Positions 54,765 to 64,000 of a DNA stretch of 64,000 nt are shown here, one piece after another (positions within the stretch are counted from its first letter, which is position 1; every line of letters starts with the position of its first letter). The DNA is from Candidatus Micrarchaeota archaeon (GTDB taxonomy: Archaea; Micrarchaeota; Micrarchaeia; Anstonellales; Bilamarchaeaceae), in assembly GCA_043821365.1 (NCBI GenBank), contig JBDRCX010000006.1, forward strand, positions 320,001-384,000, read 5' to 3'. The position numbers and the translations under genes were made by a program. Under the pieces are notes generated by a model. It was not told the origin of the DNA, ran no database searches, and saw only the letters and a list, made by a program, of their open reading frames with translations.

Positions 54765-55958
54765 CTAGTTTCCAAATAAATTCTTTTTTAGAATCTCTAA
54801 AACCTGGTCTGAGTGCGGGCCAAGTCTTATCAAAGTTGTTTGGCCTCTCACTCCTTTTCCACTTGGAGTTGTAATTATTAATCCTAAAACTTCAAGGTCA
54901 TTTAGATATTCTTTATACCATCTTGAGCTTCTAGGTCTTTTTCTTGTCATCTTACATGTTCTTTCATACTCCTCATAGACTTCTCCAGACAATAACATAC
55001 CTGTATTTTCCGTACCTTCAAGCCTAGAATATTTACTTCCACTGTTTGTAAGGTTGGCAATTGCATAAAGGACAAGCTGATGCATCTCGGGGAGAGTGTT
55101 TATTGTTTCAAGTGTTATATCAAGTTCCACTTTCTTTCTTGCAGCTTCAACATCAGTATCAGATATTTTTTCTCGTTTATCATGTTGTACCATTTCAGCT
55201 GCTTTGTTCAACAGTTTAAGGGCATATCTTGCATCACCATTTTCTTGTGAAGTGATTGCAGCAGCAAGGTTTATGGCAGAGTCATCCACAGTATCTGCTA
55301 CAAATGCACTTTCTATTCGCTGATTCAATATTTTCCTGAGCTGCTCTGCAGTATATGGTTGAAATATCATTTCTGTTTCATATAAACTACTTCTACTTCT
55401 TGGGTCTAGAGAGTCTTTGAAAGAAAGTCTGTTTGAAATTCCTATCATACTTACTCCGCCTTTTTTTACTTCATCGTTTGAGCGTGTAAGGGTATATACA
55501 AGGTCATCAAGATCTTTGACCATATCTATTTCGTCTAATACTATTATCAGTTGCTCTCCTTTTGATGCAACCTCAACTAGTTTTTCATATAAAAACGGTA
55601 AACCAAATCCAGCCTTTTCCAATTCAGGTACATAATCTTTCAAAATACGTTGGAGAATTCTATATCTTGAATTATAAATTCTGCAATTTATGTAATGTAT
55701 GCTGCCCTTATCTTTGCTTTTAGCACCATTAAATTCTTCCATTACTCTTTTGGTAGTGCATGTTTTTCCTGTGCCTGTTTTCCCATAAATAATAAGATTT
55801 CTTGGCTTTTGCTCTTTCAATGCAGGGGAAATTATGGTCATTATGTCATAAAGCTGTTGCTCTCTGAAGTGTAAGTCTTTTGGTACATAATGAGGAGATA
55901 AGACTGATGCATCCTTGAAGATGGTCTTCTCTGATAGTATTTTATCAAAAGAAGTCAT
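54765..55958 (-). CDS. cdc6: Orc1/Cdc6 replication initiator
   Basis: YGKTGTGKT, IIVLDEID, GDARYAL and C-terminal winged helix. Confidence 0.96.
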   Translation of the reverse strand: MTSFDKILSEKTIFKDASVLSPHYVPKDLHFREQQLYDIMTIISPALKEQKPRNLIIYGKTGTGKTCTTKRVMEEFNGAKSKDKGSIHYINCRIYNSRYRILQRILKDYVPELEKAGFGLPFLYEKLVEVASKGEQLIIVLDEIDMVKDLDDLVYTLTRSNDEVKKGGVSMIGISNRLSFKDSLDPRSRSSLYETEMIFQPYTAEQLRKILNQRIESAFVADTVDDSAINLAAAITSQENGDARYALKLLNKAAEMVQHDKREKISDTDVEAARKKVELDITLETINTLPEMHQLVLYAIANLTNSGSKYSRLEGTENTGMLLSGEVYEEYERTCKMTRKRPRSSRWYKEYLNDLEVLGLIITTPSGKGVRGQTTLIRLGPHSDQVLEILKKNLFGN

Positions 55959-56070
55959 GTTTTGTTGTTGTTGGCATTTGTTTATAAAACCAGAATAGTG
56001 GAAGTTTGGGTCATTTGCTTAGATTTTAATAGCTTATCCTATACAATGAAACCTATTGGAGGCGAATTAT

Positions 56071-56463
56071 ATGATAGTAGGTGAAAGAATACTAGAAGTA
56101 AGTGGAACTAAAGTTCCAAAAATGAACATACAAGGCCTTAACATCAACATATCTCTTGAAGATGTTAAACTTGAAGAAGAAACATTGGAGTTGACTTATG
56201 TTTATACTGCCAGCTACCAAAAAGAAGTTGGCACTCTTAAGATAAAAGGAGTCCTTTTGGCTAAAGAAGATGAAACAAAGTCAAAAGCAATTCTTGATAC
56301 TTGGAAGAAGAGCAAAAAAGTTCCAGATGATTACGCAACCACTGTGCTCAGTGCAATCAATTATAGTGGAAGTGCAAATGGAACTCTAATTGCAAGGGTT
56401 TTGGGCCTTACTGCTCCGTTAATCCCACCAAAAATCCAACTTTCAAAGACTGCTAAAAAATAA
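56071..56463 (+). CDS. Conserved hypothetical protein (SecB-like pattern) divergent from cdc6
   Basis: GGAGG SD; beta-beta-helix pattern ending PLIPP. Confidence 0.7.
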   Translation: MIVGERILEVSGTKVPKMNIQGLNINISLEDVKLEEETLELTYVYTASYQKEVGTLKIKGVLLAKEDETKSKAILDTWKKSKKVPDDYATTVLSAINYSGSANGTLIARVLGLTAPLIPPKIQLSKTAKK

Positions 56464-56466
56464 TTT

Positions 56467-56880
56467 TTATTTTTCTGATAATTTTTTTAAGGCAGTTAAG
56501 GCTGCCTCTTTTCTTTCATACTGAACAAAAATATGATCATGATGATAGGCAGAAACAGCATTACAGCTTATTTTTTCTTTTGCAAGTGCATCTGCTATTT
56601 TAGCCATAAATCCAACAGCCATCAAATCTGAATTGACTTCAAGTGTTATGAGGGCAAAAGGTCCCTGGATTCTTTCTGTAAGGTCTTTCATATCGTCAAG
56701 AATATCATCAGAAAAAATAACAGTTAATCCCTCCTTCTCTTTATACACACAAACAATATAATCAAGATAACCACTAAGGTTCATCAGATACTGATCATCA
56801 AAAGATCCAATGAAATATTTTTCATTCTTTAAGTTTGGTTTCATATTTTTTAATAATTCATCGAGGTTGCTTATTGTCAT
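56467..56880 (-). CDS. ACT-domain protein (DUF2241-like)
   Basis: LLKNMKP, EKEGLTVI, LMAVGFMA and SAYHHDHIFV motifs. Confidence 0.88.
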   Translation of the reverse strand: MTISNLDELLKNMKPNLKNEKYFIGSFDDQYLMNLSGYLDYIVCVYKEKEGLTVIFSDDILDDMKDLTERIQGPFALITLEVNSDLMAVGFMAKIADALAKEKISCNAVSAYHHDHIFVQYERKEAALTALKKLSEK

Positions 56881-56888
56881 AATACCAC

Positions 56889-57968
56889 CTAAACAAAAAC
56901 AGCGCTCCCCTTACATGTAAAGAAAACAGCCAAATGTTGGGGCAATTCCATGGTTTCATCCTTTTTGAATGGTCCGACGCCAATCATCTCTAGCAGGGGC
57001 ACATTTTCAACAAATCGTATTCTCATTCTTTTATCTGTTCCAAATACAGCATCTTTCCACGGATTGAATTTTTCAATATCATTGAATACTTTTGCAATCA
57101 AACCAGTGTCCCCATGGATACTATTCGGTACACGTATCAATTTGCTTAGATCCTGGGTCACACCAACATCAGTATCAACAGAATGAATTGGTAATCCATC
57201 TGCAACTACTTTTAATCTTTTTACAATGTCATTGAATTTCAATGATGTTTTGCTCCAGTTTCCTTCATTTATACCACTTATGAAAAACTCTCTATTTTTT
57301 TCTTTTGAAAATAATCTTGAAATTGCAGTTGGATTTTCTTTAATCAATTTAATAACATCACGTGCCATTCTTCCTCTGTACCCACTTTCATCTGGTCGTG
57401 GGCCTGTTAATCTCTTATCGTCTCCAATTGTGAAAAACTGAGTGTAATTCAGTCCCTGGCCCATAACATAATCAACAAGTTCTCGTCTTTCATCTCCTCC
57501 AATAGATAGGAATGCAGGATCTCTGACATGGACATGGTAGCCACGATTTCCTGAGAAAACAACTGCTATGTGTTCTTTTTTAATACCAAAATCATTGATA
57601 AGAAAGTCCCCAACTAACCGAATAAGATCTCCCTTAACTTCATCAAGCTTGGCATATACGCCATATTTTCCTTCTGCATGTATGTCTAGATCAAAAACAA
57701 GATCTGCTGCTTTCCATTGTTTCTTTTGTATTGGGGTGGCTCCTGGAAAGTCATAATATGCAGTTGAATGGGAAACAAATAATGGGGTGTTGGTTGCCAA
57801 ATATCGTCTGAATTCTCCTACTGTTGTAAAATTTAAATGCCTTGCATCTATCTTTTTAATATTCCCAAATCCAAATTCACGTTTTTCAATCCCTGGTATT
57901 TGGAAATCTGCATTTTCGTAGTATGAAGCGAATATTTTTTTAACTACTAAAGCATCCTGTCGGTTCAT
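56889..57968 (-). CDS. priS: DNA primase small (catalytic) subunit
   Basis: KREFGF, DLVFDLD, FSGNRGYHVHV and DTDVGVTQDLSKLIRVPNSIHGDTG motifs. Confidence 0.95.
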   Translation of the reverse strand: MNRQDALVVKKIFASYYENADFQIPGIEKREFGFGNIKKIDARHLNFTTVGEFRRYLATNTPLFVSHSTAYYDFPGATPIQKKQWKAADLVFDLDIHAEGKYGVYAKLDEVKGDLIRLVGDFLINDFGIKKEHIAVVFSGNRGYHVHVRDPAFLSIGGDERRELVDYVMGQGLNYTQFFTIGDDKRLTGPRPDESGYRGRMARDVIKLIKENPTAISRLFSKEKNREFFISGINEGNWSKTSLKFNDIVKRLKVVADGLPIHSVDTDVGVTQDLSKLIRVPNSIHGDTGLIAKVFNDIEKFNPWKDAVFGTDKRMRIRFVENVPLLEMIGVGPFKKDETMELPQHLAVFFTCKGSAVFV

Positions 57969-58891
57969 TTTTTTGTTCCCTCTGTTTTCAATCCAGGCCA
58001 GTTTAATGGATGCCCTATTCTACAAACAGCACAACAAAGTCCATATGTCATTATCGTAGCACATGATGGTACATTGTAGCCTTTTTTCTTTATGTGGCCT
58101 ATTTGGTATCTTGTAATCTTTTCACTAAAATCAGGCAAATTTGAATAAAGCTGATTTATTTGATCCTCATTCATTCCAATCCCAAGCAAGTAAGTCACCA
58201 GATACCATCTTGCATGGTGAGGAAGGTTATTGTGTTTTTTGATTTCTTCTAGCAGTTTTTCAATACACGGTGGATGACTTTCAACATTGATAATAATCTT
58301 GGTTTCTGCCTTTGGAATCTCATTAAGCAGTTTCTGCCCAGCTTTTTTTATCATTTCTGGTGGGTCTCTTACCAAAGGTATGTTCTCAATATGTTTCTTT
58401 GCTGCTTCTTCTATTAGTCTTTTTTTCTCATCATTTGTTATTTCTACCAACCCGCTGAAAAGCTTTCTATTTATCAGCCTATAATGGGGGTTTTTGATGC
58501 TATACTTAAGGTAGGTTGGCAGATCTATCAAAATTCTATTTTTTTCTGTTTTTGTTTCAATCCCAAAGACTAAACCAACCTTCTCTATCATCTGTTGGTT
58601 TTCATGGTCAAGGTGTGCCCTCACCATTTTGGATTCATTCACTGCAAATCGGTTTGTTAGGAAATTATTTTTCAGTTGCCCTAAAATCATTCTGGCAGCT
58701 GCAAATGAGGCAATTTCTTCTTTTTTATCTAATTCGTGCAAAAGCATTTTCGGGCTGCTTTTTTCAGTCAATGCTTTCTTTATTCTCTCTACACCAAGAT
58801 CAATAATCCGTTCACTAAGATCCACTCCTTTTATGTATGCTTTAGCGCTTTCGCTGAACGGGTATCTTAGTGCGAATTCCAGCCCTTCCAT
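57965..58891 (-). CDS. priL: DNA primase large subunit
   Basis: RYPF; PPCI...LPHHAR...YNVPSC...C...C...HP 4Fe-4S domain. Confidence 0.93.
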   Translation of the reverse strand: MEGLEFALRYPFSESAKAYIKGVDLSERIIDLGVERIKKALTEKSSPKMLLHELDKKEEIASFAAARMILGQLKNNFLTNRFAVNESKMVRAHLDHENQQMIEKVGLVFGIETKTEKNRILIDLPTYLKYSIKNPHYRLINRKLFSGLVEITNDEKKRLIEEAAKKHIENIPLVRDPPEMIKKAGQKLLNEIPKAETKIIINVESHPPCIEKLLEEIKKHNNLPHHARWYLVTYLLGIGMNEDQINQLYSNLPDFSEKITRYQIGHIKKKGYNVPSCATIMTYGLCCAVCRIGHPLNWPGLKTEGTKK

Positions 58892-59402
58892 ACTTTCTTT
58901 TCTCCTTTTTGACTTTTATACTCTTGCTTATGAAATCGAATAATTCATAGCCAATGTCAAATATAATTATTCCCAGGAAATAATCCCATCTACCGATTAT
59001 AATGAGAATTGCTGATCCTACCTTCAAGAATGGGCGATATTTAACAAGCGGTCTTAATCTTCCGATGTAGTCTTGTTCGTCTAAGAAAGCAAGTACCATG
59101 AAGTAAATTAACCAGATCCCTTCTATTTGTGGAAATCCAAAGACTACTAATGCACAAATAGTAACCAAGAAACCAAATCTATGTGTAAATGTGTCTATTT
59201 TTCTTGCAAGTATCTGTGCCAATAAAGCCCCAAGGAACAAAAGACCAAAACTAGCTGAACTAGTGACAAACCCAACTAAAATTCCATATGCAAATGCCAA
59301 TGGTATTTTATGCCAGATGGAAGTCTTTCTGTCATCTTCCATCCAATCCACTACCTTTACGAGAAGACCAGCTAAAAATGCAAGAGCTAATAATTCAAAC
59401 AT
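58842..59402 (-). CDS. Multi-TM hypothetical protein
   Basis: Five to six hydrophobic helices; operon-like position. Confidence 0.75.
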   Translation of the reverse strand: MFELLALAFLAGLLVKVVDWMEDDRKTSIWHKIPLAFAYGILVGFVTSSASFGLLFLGALLAQILARKIDTFTHRFGFLVTICALVVFGFPQIEGIWLIYFMVLAFLDEQDYIGRLRPLVKYRPFLKVGSAILIIIGRWDYFLGIIIFDIGYELFDFISKSIKVKKEKRKYGRAGIRTKIPVQRKR

Positions 59403-59406
59403 ATTA

Positions 59407-60291
59407 TCACTTCAAGAACTTTTTCATAATCAATGGAACTGCAATCGAAGCATCACAATCAACTGTTATATGGTTTGCTTTTTCTTTAATCTTTCCCCAT
59501 GAAATACCCTCTGTTGTCCTTGCTCCGCTTAATGATCCATCCCAAGGGGATGAGGTTGTCACATAAACAGCATAATCAAAACCATCTCTAAGTAAATTCA
59601 CACCTATTGCATGGTGTTTTGAAATTCCACCACCAAGAATAATTCCACCTGTTTTTTTTGCATTCATTGCCATTTGAGCAAGTTGGTTCATGTCCTTGGT
59701 TACATCAATACCAAAATCTTTTCTTTTTTGTTTAAAGAAATATGTCTGCAGTCCAATTGCAGAATCAGTTATTCCTGGGCAGAAAACAGGAATTTTATTT
59801 TTAGTACACCAGTGAAGAAAAGAATCTTCGTTTGTTTTTTCACCTATTTTATGTGCAATTTGTGATGGCGAAACTTTCCTATCTGGTTGACTTTGATATA
59901 ATTCTTCAAAAACTGGTTGCATGAATTTTTCAAGATGAACATAACATTCATTTGGCACCAAAATATTACCAATTCTATTTATGCCTTTTTGGTGGAGTTC
60001 TTTATCATCCATCATAAAATCCCCAATCAAATACTTCTTTGATGAGCGGATAAGGTCATGATCTATACTGCCTCCTGCAGTTATTATAACATCAACAAAC
60101 TTTTTTTTGCACATCTCTGTGAAAATACCCCGCAATCCAGATGCCACCATATTTGAGGTAAATGTTAGAAATACGGTTGCACCTTCCTTTTTCATTTTCG
60201 CAACTATATCAATAGCATTTCCAATATTTGTTGCTTGGAATCCTGTAGATGCATAATCATAATCTCCTAAATTAATGTCTTTAACATCCAT
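59407..60291 (-). CDS. dys: Deoxyhypusine synthase
   Basis: GFQATN, TSNMVASG, RIGNILVPN, GGGISKH and GSLSGARTTEGISWGK motifs. Confidence 0.95.
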   Translation of the reverse strand: MDVKDINLGDYDYASTGFQATNIGNAIDIVAKMKKEGATVFLTFTSNMVASGLRGIFTEMCKKKFVDVIITAGGSIDHDLIRSSKKYLIGDFMMDDKELHQKGINRIGNILVPNECYVHLEKFMQPVFEELYQSQPDRKVSPSQIAHKIGEKTNEDSFLHWCTKNKIPVFCPGITDSAIGLQTYFFKQKRKDFGIDVTKDMNQLAQMAMNAKKTGGIILGGGISKHHAIGVNLLRDGFDYAVYVTTSSPWDGSLSGARTTEGISWGKIKEKANHITVDCDASIAVPLIMKKFLK

Positions 60292-60295
60292 CTTA

Positions 60296-61042
60296 TCATC
60301 TCTTTGCAAGTTCATCTGCTAAATCAGAAGCACAAAAATTAAATCCAAATTTTTTCTTTAATCTTTTCCCTGCCTGTCCATTCATACAAGCCCCAACAAA
60401 AGCAGAGTTCAAAGCAGGATTTTTACAAAACAAAGCAGCAATCAGACCAGCAAGAACATCACCGGTGCCCCCTTTTGTCATACCTTGATTGTGCACTTTA
60501 TTCACCATTGTTCTTTTACCATCAGAAACAATATCTCCTGCTGGATCCTTTTTGATTATCACCACACCATAGCTATCTGCCATCTTTTGCACATTCTTTT
60601 TTGTGCCTTTACACTCAAAAAGTGCGGTAAATTCTTTTTCATGTGGTGTTAGTATTGTTGAGCCTGGTTTCAGTTGACAGAGTTTTCCTTTAATGAGTCT
60701 AAGTCCATCTCCATCTATAACAAGCCGTTTACTATTTTTTATTAGGTAATCAACATCTACCTTTGCATTTGCAAGTCCAATACCAAAAAGAACACAATCA
60801 CATTTTTTGACAATGTTAAGATCATAAACAAACATGGCTTCAGGTATTGTTTTGATGGCGTTAATCAAATAAGGATCCTTTTCACCAGGGTAAAAATAAA
60901 GTAAATCCACAAAACGTCTTGCAGCTAAAATGGAAAACATTGGAGCTCCTTGATATTCTTTGCTTCCACCAACTATCAAAAGTTTCCCATTCTGTCCTTT
61001 ATGAGAATATTTTGGCGGAACATATGATTTCATGGCTGCCAT
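60296..61042 (-). CDS. nnrD: NAD(P)H-hydrate dehydratase (YjeF C-terminal)
   Basis: SHKGQNGKLLIVGGS, VIDGDG, LTPHEKEF and TKGGTGDVLAG motifs. Confidence 0.93.
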   Translation of the reverse strand: MAAMKSYVPPKYSHKGQNGKLLIVGGSKEYQGAPMFSILAARRFVDLLYFYPGEKDPYLINAIKTIPEAMFVYDLNIVKKCDCVLFGIGLANAKVDVDYLIKNSKRLVIDGDGLRLIKGKLCQLKPGSTILTPHEKEFTALFECKGTKKNVQKMADSYGVVIIKKDPAGDIVSDGKRTMVNKVHNQGMTKGGTGDVLAGLIAALFCKNPALNSAFVGACMNGQAGKRLKKKFGFNFCASDLADELAKR

Positions 61043-61083
61043 ACTTTCTATGGAACGCTGGATAATTAAAATCATGCGTGTAA

Positions 61084-61887
61084 TCAGAAATTATACTTCC
61101 TGATCTTTTTGTTAATTGTTTCAGCTTCTCTAAGTGCAGCTTCTGCAGCTCCTCCCCCTTTTTCAAATGCATATGCTATTGATGATGATGCATTTATTCT
61201 GTGTATTGGTAAATAGTCTTTTATTGCATTCAAAACCATATCAAGGTCTCCACCCTGTGCACCGATTCCAGGAATTAAGAATGGCACCTTTCCATTTGTT
61301 TTTTTAGCAAGAACCCGTATTGAATCAGAAGTTGCACCTACGACAGCACCACATCCCCATTCAACTGCTTTTTCCATTACTTTTTCATATACTCTTGCCT
61401 TTCCTTCACATCTAAGTTCTTGGAAATCATTTGCTCCTGCGTTTGATGTTTTACAAAGTACATAGGCTAATTTTCCTTCTCGTAAAAATGGCAAAACAGA
61501 ATCCGAACCCATATACGGACTTACAGTAACTGCATCAGCACCCCAGAAATCATATGCTTCTTTTGCATATGCTTCACTTGATTTTCCAATATCTCCTCTT
61601 TTAACATCTAAAATGATTGGAATTTTATTTTTGTAGTTTGACATAAGAGTTTGTAGGGCTCCCAGTCCATCAAATCCATATTGTGCAAAATAAGCATAGT
61701 TTGGTTTTATTGCTGCAATTGCATTCTCATCTATCAACTTATCTAGTATATCAGAAAAAAAGTGTTCTATTGCTACTTTTGTTGGGAATGCAGGTAACGA
61801 AACCATGATTCTTTGTAAATCAGGGTCAATACCAAAACAAAGAACAGTCTTATTTTCTTTTGCAAATTGAATTAATTTCTCTCGCAT
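61084..61887 (-). CDS. pyrF: Orotidine-5'-phosphate decarboxylase
   Basis: LCFGIDP, IKPN, ILDVKRGDIGKS, TVSPYMG and LIPGIGAQGG motifs. Confidence 0.95.
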   Translation of the reverse strand: MREKLIQFAKENKTVLCFGIDPDLQRIMVSLPAFPTKVAIEHFFSDILDKLIDENAIAAIKPNYAYFAQYGFDGLGALQTLMSNYKNKIPIILDVKRGDIGKSSEAYAKEAYDFWGADAVTVSPYMGSDSVLPFLREGKLAYVLCKTSNAGANDFQELRCEGKARVYEKVMEKAVEWGCGAVVGATSDSIRVLAKKTNGKVPFLIPGIGAQGGDLDMVLNAIKDYLPIHRINASSSIAYAFEKGGGAAEAALREAETINKKIRKYNF

Positions 61888-62021
61888 AATTATCTATACA
61901 ATCTGCTGTTTAAATTGGTTTTGTCTATTTTGCTTTTTTCACAGCACCATTAAGCAAATAATATAAAGTGGTTCTATCTAGTAATACTACTCTCAGCTAT
62001 AGTTGTCTGAGTATGTTATTT

Positions 62022-62197
62022 GGGGTCGTGGCGTAAGGCGTGCACGCAATCCGGTAGCGCGGCTGGCTCCAGATCTCTCTTGCAAATGCAAGAATTTTGA
62101 GCCGCGAAATCAGCATGTTAGAGTTCAACAAACTTTTTTAGTAAAAGAGTTGACAAAAAACTAGCTAAAAAAGTGCGAAAAGATCTCTACGACCCCA
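62022..62197 (+). tRNA. tRNA-Trp(CCA) with three introns: 15/16 (62037-62049, 13 nt), 37/38 (62073-62108, 36 nt) and 58/59 (62129-62182, 54 nt)
   Basis: Spliced product GGGGTCG-TG-GCGT-AATCCGGTA-GCGC-G-GCTGG-CTCCAGA-TCAGC-ATGT-TAGAG-TTCAAAT-CTCTA-CGACCCC-A. D-loop intron has BHB GCGU/ACGC; anticodon intron boundary may shift by 1 nt. Confidence 0.88.
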
Positions 62198-62255
62198 TTT
62201 TGCTCTTGTAAAATGCGGAACCATTGAATCAAATTCATTATGGCCCCATTTTGCT
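62193..62255 (+). repeat. Duplicated tRNA-Trp 3' end/trailer enclosing a two-hairpin insert
   Basis: CCCCATTTTGCT at 62193-62204 and 62244-62255 (51 nt apart). Confidence 0.8.
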
Positions 62256-62277
62256 TATATGTTATTGAGGTGTTATA

Positions 62278-63123
62278 ATGAGGGATCTTATATTATTTGG
62301 TATTTTAACAATTCTATTATTCGGGTGCATTAATCCATATCAACCAGAACAAAACACCACTCCATCTGTTATAACTAGTCTTGATAACACCTCAAATATC
62401 CAACTAGTTCTTCCTGAAAATTACGCAGTTCAAGCAGGTGATCATGTTTGGGTAGACTATACGCTATGGGTAGATGGAGAAGTTCTTGATACAAGCAATG
62501 CAACATTAGCTAATGAATCGGGTATTTACAATCCAGGAAGAAATTACAAACCAATTGACTTTGATGCTACTTTGAATTCTGGTATGATCAAAGGATTTGT
62601 TTTGAACATATTAGGGATGGTTGTAAATGAAACCCTAACTTTCCAAGTTGCTCCTAAGTATGGTTATGGGCCACATGATCAAAATAAAATGATTATTGTA
62701 CCTCGCTATTATGAACAGCCGTTATATGAAACCGTACCACTTGCATATTTCGAGTCAATTGGTATGAATGTAACTAATGGCACTTCAGTTTCATCTGATC
62801 CACTTGTTTTTGTATCAGATATTAATGATGAAAATGTCACATTGTTCTATCTTCTTATGGCTGGGCAACAATTCTCTCAAAACGGGCTGCCAAGAAAGGT
62901 GATAAACGTTAGTAATGTTTCTGCAAATATTGAAATCCTGCTTCAAACTAACAAAACATATTCCATTCCACATCCTGAGACTGGAGTAACAACCCAATTC
63001 CTTGTGACTGACATAACAGATAGTAACATTACTTTAGATAGCAATCATTATCTGGCTAATAAAACACTTACTTTCAAAGTAACAGTAATTAAAATTCAAC
63101 ATGGAGATTTAGTTAGTGAGTAG
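62278..63123 (+). CDS. Exported FKBP-type (SlyD-like) peptidyl-prolyl isomerase lipoprotein
   Basis: LFGC lipobox; GDHVWVDYT, GMIKGF, PKYGYG and DSNHYLANKTLTFKV motifs; enlarged insert. Confidence 0.88.
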   Translation: MRDLILFGILTILLFGCINPYQPEQNTTPSVITSLDNTSNIQLVLPENYAVQAGDHVWVDYTLWVDGEVLDTSNATLANESGIYNPGRNYKPIDFDATLNSGMIKGFVLNILGMVVNETLTFQVAPKYGYGPHDQNKMIIVPRYYEQPLYETVPLAYFESIGMNVTNGTSVSSDPLVFVSDINDENVTLFYLLMAGQQFSQNGLPRKVINVSNVSANIEILLQTNKTYSIPHPETGVTTQFLVTDITDSNITLDSNHYLANKTLTFKVTVIKIQHGDLVSE

Positions 63124-63130
63124 TGGTAAA

Positions 63131-64000
63131 ATGGATTGGCACTCACTTCAGCCTGATGAGTTATTTACTAAGTTAAAAACAAATAAAAAGGGTCTTTCAT
63201 CGAAGGCAGCTACAGATAGGCTAGCTGAGTACGGGCCAAACTCTATTGCAATCAAAAAAACAACCTCACCGTTGACTATATTTGTAAATCAGTTCAAGAA
63301 TATGCTTGTTTTATTATTGCTTTTTGCAGCATTTGTTTCCTTTACAGTTAGTTTTCTAAATCCACACGAAGCTGATTTTCTTGATGGCATTCTTATTTTT
63401 GCAATTGTCATAGCAAATGCTGTTTTTGGTTTTGTTCAGGAATATAAGGCTGAGAAAAGTATCGAAGCTCTCACTAAAATGTCAGCTCCAAAAGCAACAG
63501 TAATGAGAAATGGTAAGGAGATTGAAATAACATCTGATGGTGTTGTTCCAGGGGATATTCTTATTCTTGAAGAAGGTGATAAGGTTGCAGCAGACGGCAG
63601 GTTAATCGAATGTTTTTCCATGTATGCTGACGAATCAATGCTTACTGGGGAATCAGTTCCTTCTGATAAAAAAGCCGGTATTTTATCTGAGAAAACACCT
63701 CTTGCAGAAAGAAGCAACATGGTGTTCATGAATTCAATTATCACCCGTGGTAAGGGTGCTGTTCTTGTTGTTGGTACGGGTTTGAATACAGAAGTTGGTA
63801 AGATTGCAAAGGAAATTTCAGATGCCCCTGAGAAAGTCACACAATTCCAAGTAGAAATAGAAGATTTAGGTAAAAAAGTTTCCATTCTTACTTTGGGAGT
63901 TCTGATAATCATTATTGCTACAGAATTCATACTTCGTACGGGGGATATCCTATTCATCTTTATGGCAGCAGTTGCCCTTGGTGTTGCAGCAATTCCAGAA
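63131..64000 (+). CDS. P-type IIA cation (Ca2+-like) ATPase, 3'-truncated (not in ORF track)
   Basis: MDWH...GLS...RLAEYGPN, QEYKAEKSIEAL, VVPGDIL, DESMLTGES and VAAIPE at window end. Confidence 0.93.
   Translation, partial: MDWHSLQPDELFTKLKTNKKGLSSKAATDRLAEYGPNSIAIKKTTSPLTIFVNQFKNMLVLLLLFAAFVSFTVSFLNPHEADFLDGILIFAIVIANAVFGFVQEYKAEKSIEALTKMSAPKATVMRNGKEIEITSDGVVPGDILILEEGDKVAADGRLIECFSMYADESMLTGESVPSDKKAGILSEKTPLAERSNMVFMNSIITRGKGAVLVVGTGLNTEVGKIAKEISDAPEKVTQFQVEIEDLGKKVSILTLGVLIIIIATEFILRTGDILFIFMAAVALGVAAIPE

Noticed and set aside
54990-55060. Apparent loop insertion in the Cdc6 winged helix as another hairpin cassette
   Set aside because: No hairpin, direct repeat or shared motif in the DNA
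55959-56070. Replication origin next to cdc6
   Set aside because: Short intergenic region with no convincing ORB (TCCA-N3-GAAAC with G-string) repeats or DUE

Overview
AT-rich archaeal chromosome segment, most likely a DPANN archaeon of Micrarchaeota type. This is inferred from gene content: separate PriS and PriL, TFE, Cc1, PurP, 'FGC' lipoproteins and heavily intron-split tRNAs. It carries housekeeping genes (pth2, uppS, purP, glmU, ade, purB, sec61beta, tfe, pdaD, rps6e, eif2g, cdc6, priS, priL, dys, pyrF), an ArsR/permease locus and a copper-resistance locus. There are five intron-containing tRNAs: Phe-GAA (2 introns), Leu-CAG, Leu-TAA, Ser-GCT and Trp-CCA (3 introns). Two systems stand out. 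(1) A family of small modular hairpin cassettes with conserved junctions or stem bases but variable loops. They occur as homologous 5' leaders of two tRNAs 41.6 kb apart, inside tRNA introns, in tRNA trailers bounded by duplicated tRNA 3' ends, and as an ATG-bounded element found both in-frame inside a protein-coding gene (DUF460) and at the start codon of a regulator 48 kb away. A free-standing LAGLIDADG gene abuts one of the tRNAs. (2) A 15 kb envelope locus in which a VirB4-like ATPase/membrane-protein operon converges on an operon of large exported proteins, including beta-barrel-like and Cys/Ig-repeat proteins. No CRISPR array, rRNA, integrase or transposase was seen. All protein-family calls are by motif recognition, not database search.
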